From: a virus
Taxonomy: Duplodnaviria > Caudoviricetes
Length of the DNA: 64,000 bases
IMG/VR virus record: IMGVR_UViG_3300014204_000002
Coordinates: 79,526 to 143,525 of that record
Strand: one strand, 5' to 3'
Shown here: positions 9,957 through 19,450 of the stretch, piece after piece
Position numbering within the stretch: the stretch's first letter is position 1
How the letters are laid out: every line of letters begins with the position of its first letter
Notes under the pieces: generated by a model
Databases searched by the model: none
What the model was told of the DNA's origin: nothing
Seen by the model: only the letters and a program-made list of their open reading frames with translations
Program-made: the position numbers and the translations under genes

Positions 9957-12473
9957 TTAAGCATAAAAATCCACATAGTCATCATCTGCATTACAATAAA
10001 CATCAAGGCCGGAATATGAATCAAATGTTGCAGCACATCCAATTGTTGTCATGCCTGAATAATCAACTGAATCATCTGATTCAAGATACCAGATACAATT
10101 TGCCACGGTATCGGCACTATCCTTCGAATTATGCACGTAAATTCCGGCCATTAATGCAAAATTGCTCCATTTATCGACTTCCAGATCATAAACTGGCACC
10201 GGATTATCTAAAGTTATCTCCTTTTTGGATACAACGATTATATCAAGTCCTGATACGGGCATCAACTTATCTGATCTTGCAAGATCTTTCACTTGTTTGT
10301 AATCGCCGTGTTTTAACATGAATGGATGATCTGGCGTGCAGGTAATAATGTTGCCGTTAGATAAGGTGACTTCGAGCAATTCTGTTACGTATTTTGTCAG
10401 GCGTGCCTTTGCTCTTCCGGATCTCAATTTTCCCTCGTCATTGCACGAGCACACCCAGACATGATCCATGTTGGTTAATGACTCGATTGGAACATATTGT
10501 CCGTCGAGCAATTTGACCTTTGTATCGCCAGTAAAGCAGCCATTCCACGGATGATCTACTTTCGCCTTTCCACCAGTCATAATTTTAATAAACAGGGCAT
10601 TACATTCAGTTTCTAAATTGTCGTCGTATACTACGTTTAATTTGGTGTTGGATAGCCCTTCCTGTAATTCGCGCCACCGATCGTAGTCTTCTTTTGCAAC
10701 AATGTGTTTTACGATTTCGAGGCCAAGATCGCGCTCTACCGCTTCTAGAATTTCAGGATACATATGTACATCATATAGGAAGGCGTATACATTAAGGTTC
10801 ATACACGCATGTATAATAAAATTCTTGATATCTGATGGAAGCACGGTAGCATCTGTGTCTCCCATTTTTTCAAATCGCTTAACTCCATCTATTATAACAG
10901 TGCCAACTTCTGTTGCTGGATTAATATGTTTATAACCAACTGATATACCAAAAGAATCGTTTTTATATGCAGGATCAATTGACATTACACGAGGAATTGC
11001 CTTTATTTCCTTTTGCAACGTCTCGTAATTTGCGTCAAGCACGTTTAAAATCGTCTTATCGAGTTTAATGCCTTCTGGGAACTGCAATCCTGACGACATC
11101 TGCGGCTCATTTGCAAAATCACGGTAAAATCGCGCTCTGTCACCCTCACAAGTCTCTAATAAGTATTCTTGTGTAACAGTCGGGTTAAATTCCCACGTTT
11201 TATACATGTAGGCTCTAGCAAGTCGATTACCTTCTTGCTTTTTGAACTGATTATGAAGAGCCATTTGGCGCCCATTCTGTGATTTCAACGATGATAACAC
11301 AATAATTTTACCGTCGCGCTTAAATGTTTCAGTTGAATTTGCCAATTTAGTAAAAACGGCCTCAGAATCTATCTGAGTATCGGAATCCGGGAAATAATCG
11401 TATTCATCAGCAATAAAACACTTATTTGTGTAACCTGCAAGAGTAGTAGCCTTGGCAGCCATAACCTGAGCCAATACATTTTTGCGAGGTTCTTCAATCT
11501 GATATGTATCAAAAACCAAATCAGGAAAATTAAGTTCAAACCATGGATTTCCTTCAATTAACGCTCGCATTGAGGCAAATACACCGTCTTTTGCCTGTTT
11601 CATTGAAGGGCATAAACAAGTAAGCGCAATAGTTGAACCTTTCCCGGATTTACCTGTCATTAACCCAAAATGTTTTGCCGGACTCGCCCATGAAATAACC
11701 TCAACAAGTTCATAAGCCATAATAGTCGCCGTAAGCGTCGTTTTTGACGAATTATGCACTAATATTCCGTTTGCGATATAACAGTTTCCAGACGGAACAT
11801 ACAAATCATACATCTCACAAGTAAATTCTTCTTTATCCCATCCTCTGACTGTCGATTCATAAAATTCACCATTGTAACTATTATAGCAAGTAATTGAATC
11901 TCCAGAGTTAATCTCTGATAAAGGCACCCAAATATCATTTATTTTAAACTTGTGATCTTTTGAACAATATATTGTTACTCCATCTTCAAGTAGCATTTTA
12001 CACTGACTTTTAAATCCCGTATAAAATACCATACCAACATTGACCCACCCAATAGGATTTTTAACATGAATCATCTCTCCTAAGTGAAATCTATTATATA
12101 AGTCTTCTATTGTAATTGTTCCATATTCCCAAGTTAGAATGCCTGTATCACCACGAAGGCATCTCTGGCCTAAAGTGAGACTTAATTTCTTGATTGGGAG
12201 CAATGATGGATCATATTTATGGCCGTAAAACTCCTGTATGATTTCTTTTTGTTTGGGCCACATTGAGCGAGGGGAGCCATCTTCTGCGGGGCCTGGAAAT
12301 CCTAAAATGTCCTCGATGAAATAAATGGGATCAGATCTGATTCGCTCCATTTCGAACATGAAGTCGAGATAATCTACACCATCAAGTGTTTCGCCATCAG
12401 ATATTTGGTATTCACCTTCCGGGATGGCAAGACGACTATTCTTCTTCGGTCTTCCGGGAGGCATTATTACCAC
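9957..12473 (-). CDS. terL: Terminase large subunit with two inteins
   Basis: DPIYFIEDIL and WPKQKEI; reconstituted Walker A GQR|SSKTT; Walker B FIADEY; nuclease SIDPA and KDSAD. Confidence 0.92.
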   Translation of the reverse strand: MVIMPPGRPKKNSRLAIPEGEYQISDGETLDGVDYLDFMFEMERIRSDPIYFIEDILGFPGPAEDGSPRSMWPKQKEIIQEFYGHKYDPSLLPIKKLSLTLGQRCLRGDTGILTWEYGTITIEDLYNRFHLGEMIHVKNPIGWVNVGMVFYTGFKSQCKMLLEDGVTIYCSKDHKFKINDIWVPLSEINSGDSITCYNSYNGEFYESTVRGWDKEEFTCEMYDLYVPSGNCYIANGILVHNSSKTTLTATIMAYELVEVISWASPAKHFGLMTGKSGKGSTIALTCLCPSMKQAKDGVFASMRALIEGNPWFELNFPDLVFDTYQIEEPRKNVLAQVMAAKATTLAGYTNKCFIADEYDYFPDSDTQIDSEAVFTKLANSTETFKRDGKIIVLSSLKSQNGRQMALHNQFKKQEGNRLARAYMYKTWEFNPTVTQEYLLETCEGDRARFYRDFANEPQMSSGLQFPEGIKLDKTILNVLDANYETLQKEIKAIPRVMSIDPAYKNDSFGISVGYKHINPATEVGTVIIDGVKRFEKMGDTDATVLPSDIKNFIIHACMNLNVYAFLYDVHMYPEILEAVERDLGLEIVKHIVAKEDYDRWRELQEGLSNTKLNVVYDDNLETECNALFIKIMTGGKAKVDHPWNGCFTGDTKVKLLDGQYVPIESLTNMDHVWVCSCNDEGKLRSGRAKARLTKYVTELLEVTLSNGNIITCTPDHPFMLKHGDYKQVKDLARSDKLMPVSGLDIIVVSKKEITLDNPVPVYDLEVDKWSNFALMAGIYVHNSKDSADTVANCIWYLESDDSVDYSGMTTIGCAATFDSYSGLDVYCNADDDYVDFYA
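10128..10538 (-). mobile_element. Mini-intein 2 (137 aa) in the TerL nuclease domain
   Basis: CFTGDT...TCTPDHPF...VYDLEV...IYVHN followed by Ser-Lys-Asp; no endonuclease domain. Confidence 0.92.
11751..12161 (-). mobile_element. Mini-intein 1 (137 aa) in the TerL Walker A motif
   Basis: CLRGDT...CSKDH...YDL...NGILVHN followed by Ser; no endonuclease domain. Confidence 0.92.
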
Positions 12474-12972
12474 TCATCAAGGCTTTTTGTTCTTTTATAT
12501 TTGAGATGAGCGTAGGACGACATACAGGACAAGCATTTTCGACAATTGATGCCGTTACCAAGCGCAAATTCTCCTGTGCCTCGATATACTTCAGTTTAAA
12601 GGTGTCACCACGAGAAAACTTGCCCTCTAACTCAGCTAACAATTTAAGAGTTTCACGAGTTTCTTTCATGAGTTTCATACCCCGATCCATATTGTGGGTA
12701 CCAAACTCTTCTGCTTCCATCATGAACGCAAGCCATTCTTTCAGGCGTATATGCATCATGATCACTTCTCGCTTAATGAAGTCAGGATCGTTTAACAAAT
12801 CCATGACATCAACTGCTTCTTGTTTACAATCGTGTTCATTGATGTGAATAAGCACATCTTCGACACTCATATTAAATTCGATGGCCGCATTACTAACCTT
12901 TTTAACGCCAAGATTGAGTTCTGCTGACCAACGAGCGCCGTAATTACCGGCGTTGCAAATGTTACAGCCCAT
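12436..12972 (-). CDS. Probable terminase small subunit
   Basis: Overlaps the terL start; CxxC...HxxxH/HTH-like N-terminus and coiled coil. Confidence 0.6.
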   Translation of the reverse strand: MGCNICNAGNYGARWSAELNLGVKKVSNAAIEFNMSVEDVLIHINEHDCKQEAVDVMDLLNDPDFIKREVIMMHIRLKEWLAFMMEAEEFGTHNMDRGMKLMKETRETLKLLAELEGKFSRGDTFKLKYIEAQENLRLVTASIVENACPVCRPTLISNIKEQKALMSGNNASRKTEEE

Positions 12973-13042
12973 TATACGGGCTATTTGGCCTTACCGGTAT
13001 TTAAACTAAAAATACTTATAGAATTAAGTCAAATATAAAACG

Positions 13043-13204
13043 ATGAATCTAACAGAAAGAAACGAAAAAATAGAATTACTGAAACAACAGGCACAAGAAC
13101 CCATCAATGATCTACAAAGTAGAGTTACACAATTAGAAAATGAGATCGAGACATTAAAACAAGAAATCAGAAAGTTAAATAATAGAACAACTATAAGATT
13201 TTAA
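13043..13204 (+). CDS. Small coiled-coil protein (53 aa)
   Basis: Hand-translated MNLTERNEKIELLKQQ...LQSRVTQLENEIETLKQEIRKL heptad pattern; leaderless after a TATA-like box. Confidence 0.5.
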   Translation: MNLTERNEKIELLKQQAQEPINDLQSRVTQLENEIETLKQEIRKLNNRTTIRF

Positions 13205-14136
13205 GTTGATCTAATAAATTTCTCTATTATGGCATTTGCTTCTTCTTGTGAAGAAACTGCTCCATTATCTTTGTATCTGGGATCTGTTGAGTAATCGGTG
13301 TCATCTCCCAGACGATATCCATTATCATTTCCAGAAGATGTATAATGATAAAACCCATCCTCGTTTATAGACACATCGCTTTCCTTTAAATCTGGATGCT
13401 TGGCCTTTAACTGTTGCCATTTAGCCACTGCAGCATCTGTTGAGGCTACATTTTCATCAGGCGTATATTTGCGAGGCACATCATATATATCGGCATACAT
13501 ATCGTAATTTTTCTGATACTCTGTTTTGCTATCGTAATCCTTTCCATATGCCTTTAGGTATGGATCGTTACGTGCTGTGTCAATCTTGGCCCGCAATTCA
13601 GCCTCTCGTGCCTTCTCAAGATATATAAAACTGGCATACAGTGTTATACTCGAATGCTCTGAATAATATGGCTTTAATTCTTGATAACCATCTCTATATA
13701 GCCGTTCAGCCGTCTGGGTCTTTGCATAGTTAATCATCTTCTGATCAGCATTTCTATGTGCAATTATATCCTGCCAATGAAGCCCGTATAACTGCAAGTT
13801 TTTCTTAATTAGAGTGTTATCATAGTATTCATCAGTGAAACCATAATTGATTTTGGCAATCATGTTAATGCCGTCAGATGACACGACTGGCAAATCATAT
13901 TTATAATCCGCATAAAATGTTACCTGTTCTATAGGAGGTGCTAAAAATGGAATAGCAGGCTTCCAGTAACTACCACCGTCTCTAACCATGTGATATTCGC
14001 CATTATCCATGAACATTACCGGTGCATCGTAAACCAGCCCGATATCTGCAGGATAAACTACCTGAAATCCGGGATGCAATATTCCAAATCCTCCAATTAG
14101 CAACACAATTATAGTTGCAGCCACTATTTGATTCAT
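13201..14136 (-). CDS. SPFH/Band-7-like membrane-anchored protein
   Basis: N-terminal transmembrane segment; VVYPADIGLV, VSSDGINM and QTAERLY resemble SPFH motifs. Confidence 0.6.
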   Translation of the reverse strand: MNQIVAATIIVLLIGGFGILHPGFQVVYPADIGLVYDAPVMFMDNGEYHMVRDGGSYWKPAIPFLAPPIEQVTFYADYKYDLPVVSSDGINMIAKINYGFTDEYYDNTLIKKNLQLYGLHWQDIIAHRNADQKMINYAKTQTAERLYRDGYQELKPYYSEHSSITLYASFIYLEKAREAELRAKIDTARNDPYLKAYGKDYDSKTEYQKNYDMYADIYDVPRKYTPDENVASTDAAVAKWQQLKAKHPDLKESDVSINEDGFYHYTSSGNDNGYRLGDDTDYSTDPRYKDNGAVSSQEEANAIIEKFIRST

Positions 14137-14182
14137 ACAATCTTATTATTCGTCCAGACTTAAATAGGTATCGGCTCGATGA

Positions 14183-14273
14183 TTTTATATAGGAGTAAAC
14201 ACAACTAAATGATGTCAACAACGGAAGTAACAGAAGGAAGACATAGGCAATCTTCTTTCTTTTCTTTTGTTAG
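14183..14273 (+). repeat. Dispersed promoter-hairpin element, copy 1
   Basis: TATA, then ACAACTAAATGATG (14201-14214), AACAGAAG and TTCTTTTCTTTTGTTA. Confidence 0.7.
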
Positions 14274-14362
14274 GCAAACTTTTGACGCACTCTTCTGGCC
14301 CGATTTCCAGTATATAAACATAGTTAAATGAGGCATGACGCGGCTAAGCGAGGCTTTTTAAC

Positions 14363-14371
14363 TCTGGACGA
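14363..14371 (+). promoter_or_regulatory. TCTGGACGA promoter element (also 14150-14158 minus, 19577-19585, 42846-42854, 60865-60873)
   Basis: Exact 9-mer just downstream of TATA-like boxes; 21-22 nt before the ATG in three leaderless genes. Confidence 0.7.
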
Positions 14372-14765
14372 CGACTCTTTTGTATGGCAATTTATGAGCC
14401 TTGTAAATTTTTGAGGTTGCAGGCATGTAGAGGGCGGCCTATTGACTTTACGTTTTGCACCAATTGCGAAGTTAATGAGATTATGTATAAGCAGGTGCCA
14501 AATTTTGACGATTCGTTCGATTATCATTGCCGCTTTCATGAGTTCCCGCGATCTACGGGCCTGTGTCGCTTTTTCGAGGCGCAGCGATGACGATTCATTA
14601 TCATAATTCATTTATTGTAAAGGGGCAATGGTCACAAGATCAAATTGTAAGTGGCGGCACTTCTCACAAGGATGCACGGGGTGTATTTGATGGTAATTAT
14701 ATGCGAGAGTATAACACCACTGATAGATTTACATTTGTGCATGAGTACAATGCCGGGAGTGGCGA

Positions 14766-15209
14766 GTGTTCGGTCTGGTGGTTAATGTGATTGAGATTTA
14801 TACGGACGGAGGATGTAGATTAACGCGACCTGATAAACTTGGCGCGTGGAGTTACATTATTATTGGAGACGGATTTGTTGTTGATAAGCATTCTGGTATA
14901 GAATTCGACACAACCGTCAACAGAATGGAGTACACTGGACTTATTATGGCATTACGCGCGTTAAAATGGATTAATATAACCGGGCATGAAATTAAAATCA
15001 CGTCAGATTCGCAGTTGCTTATAAATCAGGTCACTGGTAAGTGGAATGTCAATGACCCGGTGTTGCAAAACTTAAGATTCTTGGTGCTTGAGGCGGGTAG
15101 CATTTCATTGAAAGATAACCAGGTAGCGTTTATATGGAATCCGCGCGAAAGTAAATGGACGAGTGAATGTGATAAAATGTGTAACGAAGCAATGGATCAG
15201 GTGAGATAA
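14766..15209 (+). CDS. rnhA: Ribonuclease HI
   Basis: IYTDGG, TVNRMEY, ITSDSQLLINQ and CDKMCNEAMD catalytic motifs. Confidence 0.92.
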   Translation: MFGLVVNVIEIYTDGGCRLTRPDKLGAWSYIIIGDGFVVDKHSGIEFDTTVNRMEYTGLIMALRALKWINITGHEIKITSDSQLLINQVTGKWNVNDPVLQNLRFLVLEAGSISLKDNQVAFIWNPRESKWTSECDKMCNEAMDQVR

Positions 15210-15218
15210 TGAGTATAT

Positions 15219-15821
15219 GTGAGAAATGTGAGTATTATGATACGTCTGATGAGGAGGAAGAGTGGTGTAATAATTCCGGTGAGTTATTGGGCGATACGTG
15301 TGATAAAGAGGAATGCGACGATTTTCAGGAGCGCGAAAATGATTGATTATAAGAAGTTTTTAGATGAGTGTCAGTTTGGCTTCGAATTGCAGGATAATGG
15401 CAATTATTATGCTTGTATAAAGTGCGCAACCAAGAAAGAAACGATTTGGAACATGGCGCAGGTGATATCATACAATAACCACGATATGTTCAGGGAGATG
15501 TTATACCGTAAAATGGATTATTGTTATTTGTCTATTCCGGGAGAAATAAGTTTTTATGCAGGTGTTAGACCAGACTGTGATAAGTTTGCAAGACACCGCG
15601 TTGTTAGCAGCCCAGATTTAATTGAGCAGGGATACGAGGAGATGCCTGTTCATTGGTCTGGAGTAAATTGGGCCCGAAAATGGCTGTCGGTTAATGAGTA
15701 TAAGGCGCTTATAATTGACGCAATTGAGACCTCGTTAGTTGAATATGCTGACGAAATAAAGAACAAGGAGTTATACAGGGAGAAAGGCGCCGTATTCGAG
15801 GTGTGCCGCGAAAATGATTGA
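15219..15821 (+). CDS. Hypothetical protein (start probably 15339)
   Basis: Long ORF in an operon; overlaps the next gene. Confidence 0.55.
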   Translation: MRNVSIMIRLMRRKSGVIIPVSYWAIRVIKRNATIFRSAKMIDYKKFLDECQFGFELQDNGNYYACIKCATKKETIWNMAQVISYNNHDMFREMLYRKMDYCYLSIPGEISFYAGVRPDCDKFARHRVVSSPDLIEQGYEEMPVHWSGVNWARKWLSVNEYKALIIDAIETSLVEYADEIKNKELYREKGAVFEVCREND

Positions 15822-16305
15822 GATTGGGAAAACTTATATTAAGGAGCCGTATGATATCGGTGGCGAGGCATTTGTTTTTACGCCGAATAGACCTGCCGAG
15901 GTGACATATGACAGAATCGAGGAATATGGATGGGCCAATGGAGGAGTTTTTACATCTGGATTTTATTGCGATAAGTTGGTCGAGAAGGTTCATTTATGGC
16001 TTAATAAAGAGACAAACACCTGTATTGAGTTAATTGAGCGCAAAGATTATGAGGTAAATATTGGATTCTTTGGAAATGGATGGAAACTCAAGCGCGGGTA
16101 TATTGAGGGTCCAAGAAAATACACCATCAAGGTAGTGCTGCCAGAGGACTGCATTAATGACATGGTGGCTGGATATTTGCTATATTCGTGGGCATATAGA
16201 GATTCTATTTTAAATAAATATGGGTTGCCGAAAGGTACAAAGAGACAAATTTTGGAATTTATTGGTGAGAATGTCGAGTCACAGAAGACCGTTTACGAAT
16301 GTTAA
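15814..16305 (+). CDS. Hypothetical protein
   Basis: 163-aa ORF coupled to the previous gene. Confidence 0.55.
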   Translation: MIEIGKTYIKEPYDIGGEAFVFTPNRPAEVTYDRIEEYGWANGGVFTSGFYCDKLVEKVHLWLNKETNTCIELIERKDYEVNIGFFGNGWKLKRGYIEGPRKYTIKVVLPEDCINDMVAGYLLYSWAYRDSILNKYGLPKGTKRQILEFIGENVESQKTVYEC

Positions 16306-16791
16306 ATTGCAGTAGTTAACTTTATCTATTTTTACGTTTAATGTTATGTGATGATACATAACAATATTCTCGATATGGTAAGTGTTCTAAATAGGCAGTC
16401 GATCCTGGTGCTTGAGATGGTGATCAATGGAACGTGGGAAACTGCCGACTTTGATGATCTGAATTCGCTGGATGACCTTTATCAGGCAGGTTGGGTTGAT
16501 GGGATTTCTGACGGCGATTATTGCGTGTGGATCATGACTAATAAAGGCCGAAAATTGTATGATGTGCTGGGCGATTTAATCATTTAGTGTTTCGAGTATT
16601 GCGTTAAAGACCATTGATGGTTCACCCATTTTTAGTATAGGGAGTTCAAATTCTTGTTCTATTGACAGTGCCGTGAGTATTGCGACTATTTCAGAATCAG
16701 TGGATGAATCCAGATATTTAAGGTACATGGATTATATGTGTTATTTTACCCTTATTATGTGTTTGGGCGCGTTTGCTATGTTTATATATGG

Positions 16792-17067
16792 TTAATACCC
16801 GGCAGCAATGTAAGCGTCTATGATTTCTTGTGGAGGATCGAGTTTTATGCAGCGCTGTGCAAACGTATAGCCCATCATTGTTCCTATTTTGCCGTCACGA
16901 ATGCTTCTGATGCCAACTCTGTATACGAGTCTGCGATGCTCTAATTCTGATTTGAGATCGAAAATTTTGCACCAGACGAACTCGACATTGTTTCTCGATA
17001 TAAACACGGCATAGTCTCCGATGTTTAGAGGTTGACCTAAAAAGTCTCTTATTTTACGTTGTGACAT
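16792..17067 (-). CDS. Hypothetical protein (SH3/KOW-like beta protein)
   Basis: RDFLGQPLNIGDYAVF start is typical of small phage beta-barrel proteins; AGGT RBS. Confidence 0.5.
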   Translation of the reverse strand: MSQRKIRDFLGQPLNIGDYAVFISRNNVEFVWCKIFDLKSELEHRRLVYRVGIRSIRDGKIGTMMGYTFAQRCIKLDPPQEIIDAYIAAGY

Positions 17068-17280
17068 GGATTACCTGACCCGGAGTATATCGTGTAAGTC
17101 CATTCGTCTTCTGAATTGGCGCAACTGGCTTTATATGGGCAGGAAGAGCACTTTCGTTTGAAGCATGGCGGTGCATCGTTAATTGACATGCATTAACTTA
17201 TGGAAGAATAGATATTTAAAAGTTTCGAAAATGGAGGTGATCCATTTGGAGTGTTTTGGTTTTCTGTTTTGTTTTTTTTT

Positions 17281-17493
17281 TTACTGGGATGCGGCGAGGT
17301 TGATGTCTTCTGCGCGAACAGTGGACCGCTTTGCATGGACGGCAAGTTCGGTTGCTCTCTTCGCAAGATCGGTTCCAATTTCAGCAAGCTTGGTATCGAG
17401 GGCGATTGCGGCCTCTTTTGATACACGAGTTACACCGGCGTTCTTCATAAGGCGCACTACTGCGGCCATAGTAAAGGTTGTGTCGTTTGACAT
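17281..17493 (-). CDS. Archaeal histone (HMf family), 70 aa
   Basis: MSNDTTFTMAAVVRLMKNAGVTRVSKEA...LAKRATELAVHAKRSTVRAEDINLA with RVS, HAKRxTV and EDI motifs; BRE/TATA (gaaaactcttaaata) about 25 nt upstream of the ATG at 17493. Confidence 0.93.
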   Translation of the reverse strand: MSNDTTFTMAAVVRLMKNAGVTRVSKEAAIALDTKLAEIGTDLAKRATELAVHAKRSTVRAEDINLAASQ

Positions 17494-17518
17494 GATATAA
17501 TGTTGATTCGGATTGTAT

Positions 17519-17791
17519 TTAAGAGTTTTCATTTTGTTGAGTGGGTTTAGTTGACTTTTCCAATTGGAGTGCGTCGTGTTCGATGGAGCAACAGCGCTTG
17601 CTGGAGTCAGTAGTTTTGAATTGGAGCCCGCAATACTCGCAGTTGTATACGTAGGTTGGATCGTGTCTATGTTCGTTTGCGCACTGTGCCGAGCAGAAAA
17701 GCCCCTTACCGCGCTCAATGTCGCGTGGATAATACTCTCTTGTTATCTGGCAACCAGGATGCTCACACATTCGATGTAACTTTATGATCAT
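17519..17791 (-). CDS. Small Cys-rich zinc-binding protein
   Basis: CEHPGC...GKGLFCSAQC...CEYC...CCSIEH; resembles the C-terminus of 30962..31696. Confidence 0.65.
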   Translation of the reverse strand: MIIKLHRMCEHPGCQITREYYPRDIERGKGLFCSAQCANEHRHDPTYVYNCEYCGLQFKTTDSSKRCCSIEHDALQLEKSTKPTQQNENS

Positions 17792-17805
17792 GTATTGTTA
17801 TTGGC

Positions 17806-18189
17806 TTGCGAAGGTTATATAAGTTTGGACGAAGAATTATTCTATCAATGAATGATAAGCCGAGTTCGCAGGTTAAGGGCAAGTTTGTTAGCGAGACTGA
17901 TAAGGCGATTTGTATCGTGTATTGGGGCAGAAATGAGTGGTTTCCAAAGAGCCAGATAAGTGGTATTAATAAAACGGGTGAGGAGGTTACATTTGCTGCA
18001 CCGGACTGGTTGATAGCCAAGAAGCGCAAGGAGATCGTGTTTGAAGAGGCAGTTGATGCTCCTGCTCCGGTAGTGGCGCAGAATTGGGCATTTTGTGATG
18101 AATGTAAAGAGGACTCGTTTAACATTTGTAAACAGGGCGAGACTTATTTTATACAGTGTGCAAGTTGCGGGAAACAGTTGAAATTATGA
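17806..18189 (+). CDS. Hypothetical protein with C-terminal Zn ribbon
   Basis: ETDKAI...WFPKSQI motif, CDEC...CASCG; start probably 17848. Confidence 0.6.
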   Translation: MRRLYKFGRRIILSMNDKPSSQVKGKFVSETDKAICIVYWGRNEWFPKSQISGINKTGEEVTFAAPDWLIAKKRKEIVFEEAVDAPAPVVAQNWAFCDECKEDSFNICKQGETYFIQCASCGKQLKL

Positions 18190-18494
18190 TTAGAAATATT
18201 CCGTATGAGTATACAGTGGATCGTTATAAGACGAAAGGGATGTGGGCGTATCGATGCGCGGATGAGATCGGCGAGCAATTGGATGATTTGAAGGAAATGC
18301 TGAAAATTCACGAAAGAAAAGGCGAGTGGGTAAACTTTGATGAATTGGAATTGTTGCCAGAGATGATTGCTGATTTGATCTTGGCACTGGATTTGTATTG
18401 TTATTCAGATGGCGTTACTGGCACATGTGTTAATCGTGTTATTGATAGGCGAATTGCTGGTGACGATAGCAAGTATAAGAGGTGTGGCTTTTGA
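18156..18494 (+). CDS. MazG-like NTP pyrophosphohydrolase (divergent)
   Basis: DEIGE...EMIADL acidic helical motifs. Confidence 0.4.
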   Translation: MCKLRETVEIMIRNIPYEYTVDRYKTKGMWAYRCADEIGEQLDDLKEMLKIHERKGEWVNFDELELLPEMIADLILALDLYCYSDGVTGTCVNRVIDRRIAGDDSKYKRCGF

Positions 18495-18885
18495 GGAATG
18501 GTGAGTAAGATGCCAGTAGTCACATTTATCTGCGTCAAATGCGGGTATAAGCATCGGTGTGAGGCGAAAACATATGATGATTCGTTTTCTGGAGTGCCAG
18601 AAAAACCAATGTGCTTTCAAGGATTAATTGATGAAAATGGGGACGATAAATCAGAATTTGAGTATATTACTTGTAATTTGGATGAGATTTAATGGCTCGT
18701 CGTAGGAAGGTGTCGGTGCAGTTTGCGTGGGATATTTGGTGCGTTGGAGCGTTTTGGTTTGGAATTAAAAGTGATCCGATTAAGAGGTTGCATATCTTTC
18801 CAATGCCATTTGTTGTAATTGTGGTTGAGTGGATAGAAGAGTAAACTTTTCTTGAGTTAGATCAATTTATACATTTTTGTGATTA

Positions 18886-19115
18886 TTTTCGCTTTGAGAA
18901 CAGCCCCTTATTATATATTTTACAGTTATTTTCGCTCTGAGATTTTATAACTGTGTAACGGGTTTGGATTGTTGGTTTTGTGGTGTCTGCGTTGTTTGTT
19001 CAGAGCGAAAGTCAGAGCGAAAACACCAACTTTTTCGACGCGAGATTTGTGTAGACGTTTTGGTGGTCTGGATTTGCGTTTGGAGGCCGTAGAGCGATTA
19101 GAATTTTCACTCTGA
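18886..19115. repeat. Iteron-like cluster TTTTC(G/A)CT(C/T)TGA
   Basis: Copies at 18886, 18929 and 19104 (+) and at 19000 and 19012 (-) in non-coding DNA. Confidence 0.65.
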
Positions 19116-19152
19116 AATTTTGTGGTTGATTTGCTAGAAAAGTAAAGTGAGT

Positions 19153-19347
19153 TTAGTTAACTGCCGCTGTACAGATGAGGCAGGTAGTCATCTCTTTGCC
19201 GTTTAATTCAAATTTGGACTGCGAGACGTGGTGGACTTCCTCAAATGCGTCACCATCATCGAGATCGATATACATCATTTCGACTTCGTGATCGCCATCT
19301 TCGTCCATGTACTGCTGTAATACGGTGATTAATTCGCTACATTTCAT
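19153..19347 (-). CDS. Hypothetical protein
   Basis: MKCSELITVLQ...GDHEV, a common small phage protein pattern; AGGT RBS. Confidence 0.55.
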   Translation of the reverse strand: MKCSELITVLQQYMDEDGDHEVEMMYIDLDDGDAFEEVHHVSQSKFELNGKEMTTCLICTAAVN

Positions 19348-19375
19348 AATTTGACCTTCAGGAAAGTGTTAGACC

Positions 19376-19450
19376 TCTATAACAAAAGAAGAAAAGAAGA
19401 CTCTTCTCTTGTTGGGGTGCATCATTTAGTTGCGTTGATAAATATTTATA
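19376..19450 (-). repeat. Dispersed promoter-hairpin element, copy 2
   Basis: Minus strand: TATAAATA, then CAACTAAATGATGCACC, AACAAGAGAAG and TTCTTTTGTTATAGA. Confidence 0.7.

Noticed and set aside
368-12847. Short overlapping ORFs within the structural genes
   Set aside because: They are antisense or alternate-frame shadows of long, motif-bearing genes.
17281-17718. 145-aa tailed histone as given in the ORF track
   Set aside because: The extension overlaps the Zn-finger gene and contains the histone's own TATA box; ATG 17493 is the better start.
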